DNA from: Octopus vulgaris
Lineage: Eukaryota
Assembly: GCA_951406725.2 (NCBI GenBank)
Contig: OX597843.1
Location: forward strand, 15,252,001 to 15,316,000
Reading direction: 5' to 3'
DNA: 64,000 nt
The first letter of the stretch is position 1. Every line of letters begins with the position of its first letter. Below are positions 63,591 to 64,000 of the stretch, in pieces. The position numbers were made by a program, and so were the translations under genes. A model generated the notes under the pieces. That model was not told where the DNA came from and ran no database searches. It saw only the letters and a program-made list of their open reading frames with translations.

Positions 63591-64000
63591 CTGTAAACAA
63601 AAATATATACACAGCTTTATACGTACATGAACTAGGTCAGACAAACTTACAGAAAATACTAGAACATAGACAAGTGGATGTGTGTTGTGTGCAAGTGTTA
63701 AGATGAAGGGGAGCCTCTGCCAAGTTTTTCACAGTTAAGAAACAGGTGCATAAATTCTTTTGGACGGGTGGAGTCAATACATACAGTCACATTTATCAGC
63801 GGCCCAGGATAATACTGTGTTCAGTTGTGAAGCAGGTTGCACTTATCATGGATTGATCTATGGTAACACAGGATGACAATCAATCAAAGATTTTGCTTCA
63901 GTCACAAAAACATGTCGCAGCAACCACCCAGAATGCACTGATTATTGCTTGTGTTTAAATGGCTAAGCAGAGAGGTTGCGTATATTTTTATATACGGATT

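Overview
AT-rich, microsatellite- and transposon-dense eukaryotic DNA. The repeat families (tRNA-derived SINEs, RTE, R4/Dong, CR1-type and Penelope-like elements) point to an octopus or other coleoid cephalopod genome; this assignment is inferred from repeat recognition. Almost all ORFs in the supplied track are artefacts of repeats. Two host genes are supported. (1) The last seven coding exons of a minus-strand AAAP-family (ANT1/AVT3/SLC36-like) amino-acid transporter run from 63590 to 42081. All have GT-AG introns with matching phases, the ORF track largely misses them, and the 3' UTR may be about 12 kb. (2) An intact tRNA-Glu(TTC) lies at 14952-15023 on the minus strand. The most striking unannotated structure is a set of Penelope-type type-I hammerhead ribozyme motifs. 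One (1545-1680) has a canonical core and an unusually long, ~110-nt covarying helix II. Other notable structures are a ~430-bp near-identical inverted duplication in the putative 3' UTR, a 66-bp hairpin beside a 52-bp array of nuclear-receptor-like motifs, Merlin-like MITEs, non-autonomous Helitrons, and (AAT)n-targeted retroelements. All coordinates, folds and family calls were made by eye, with no searches run.
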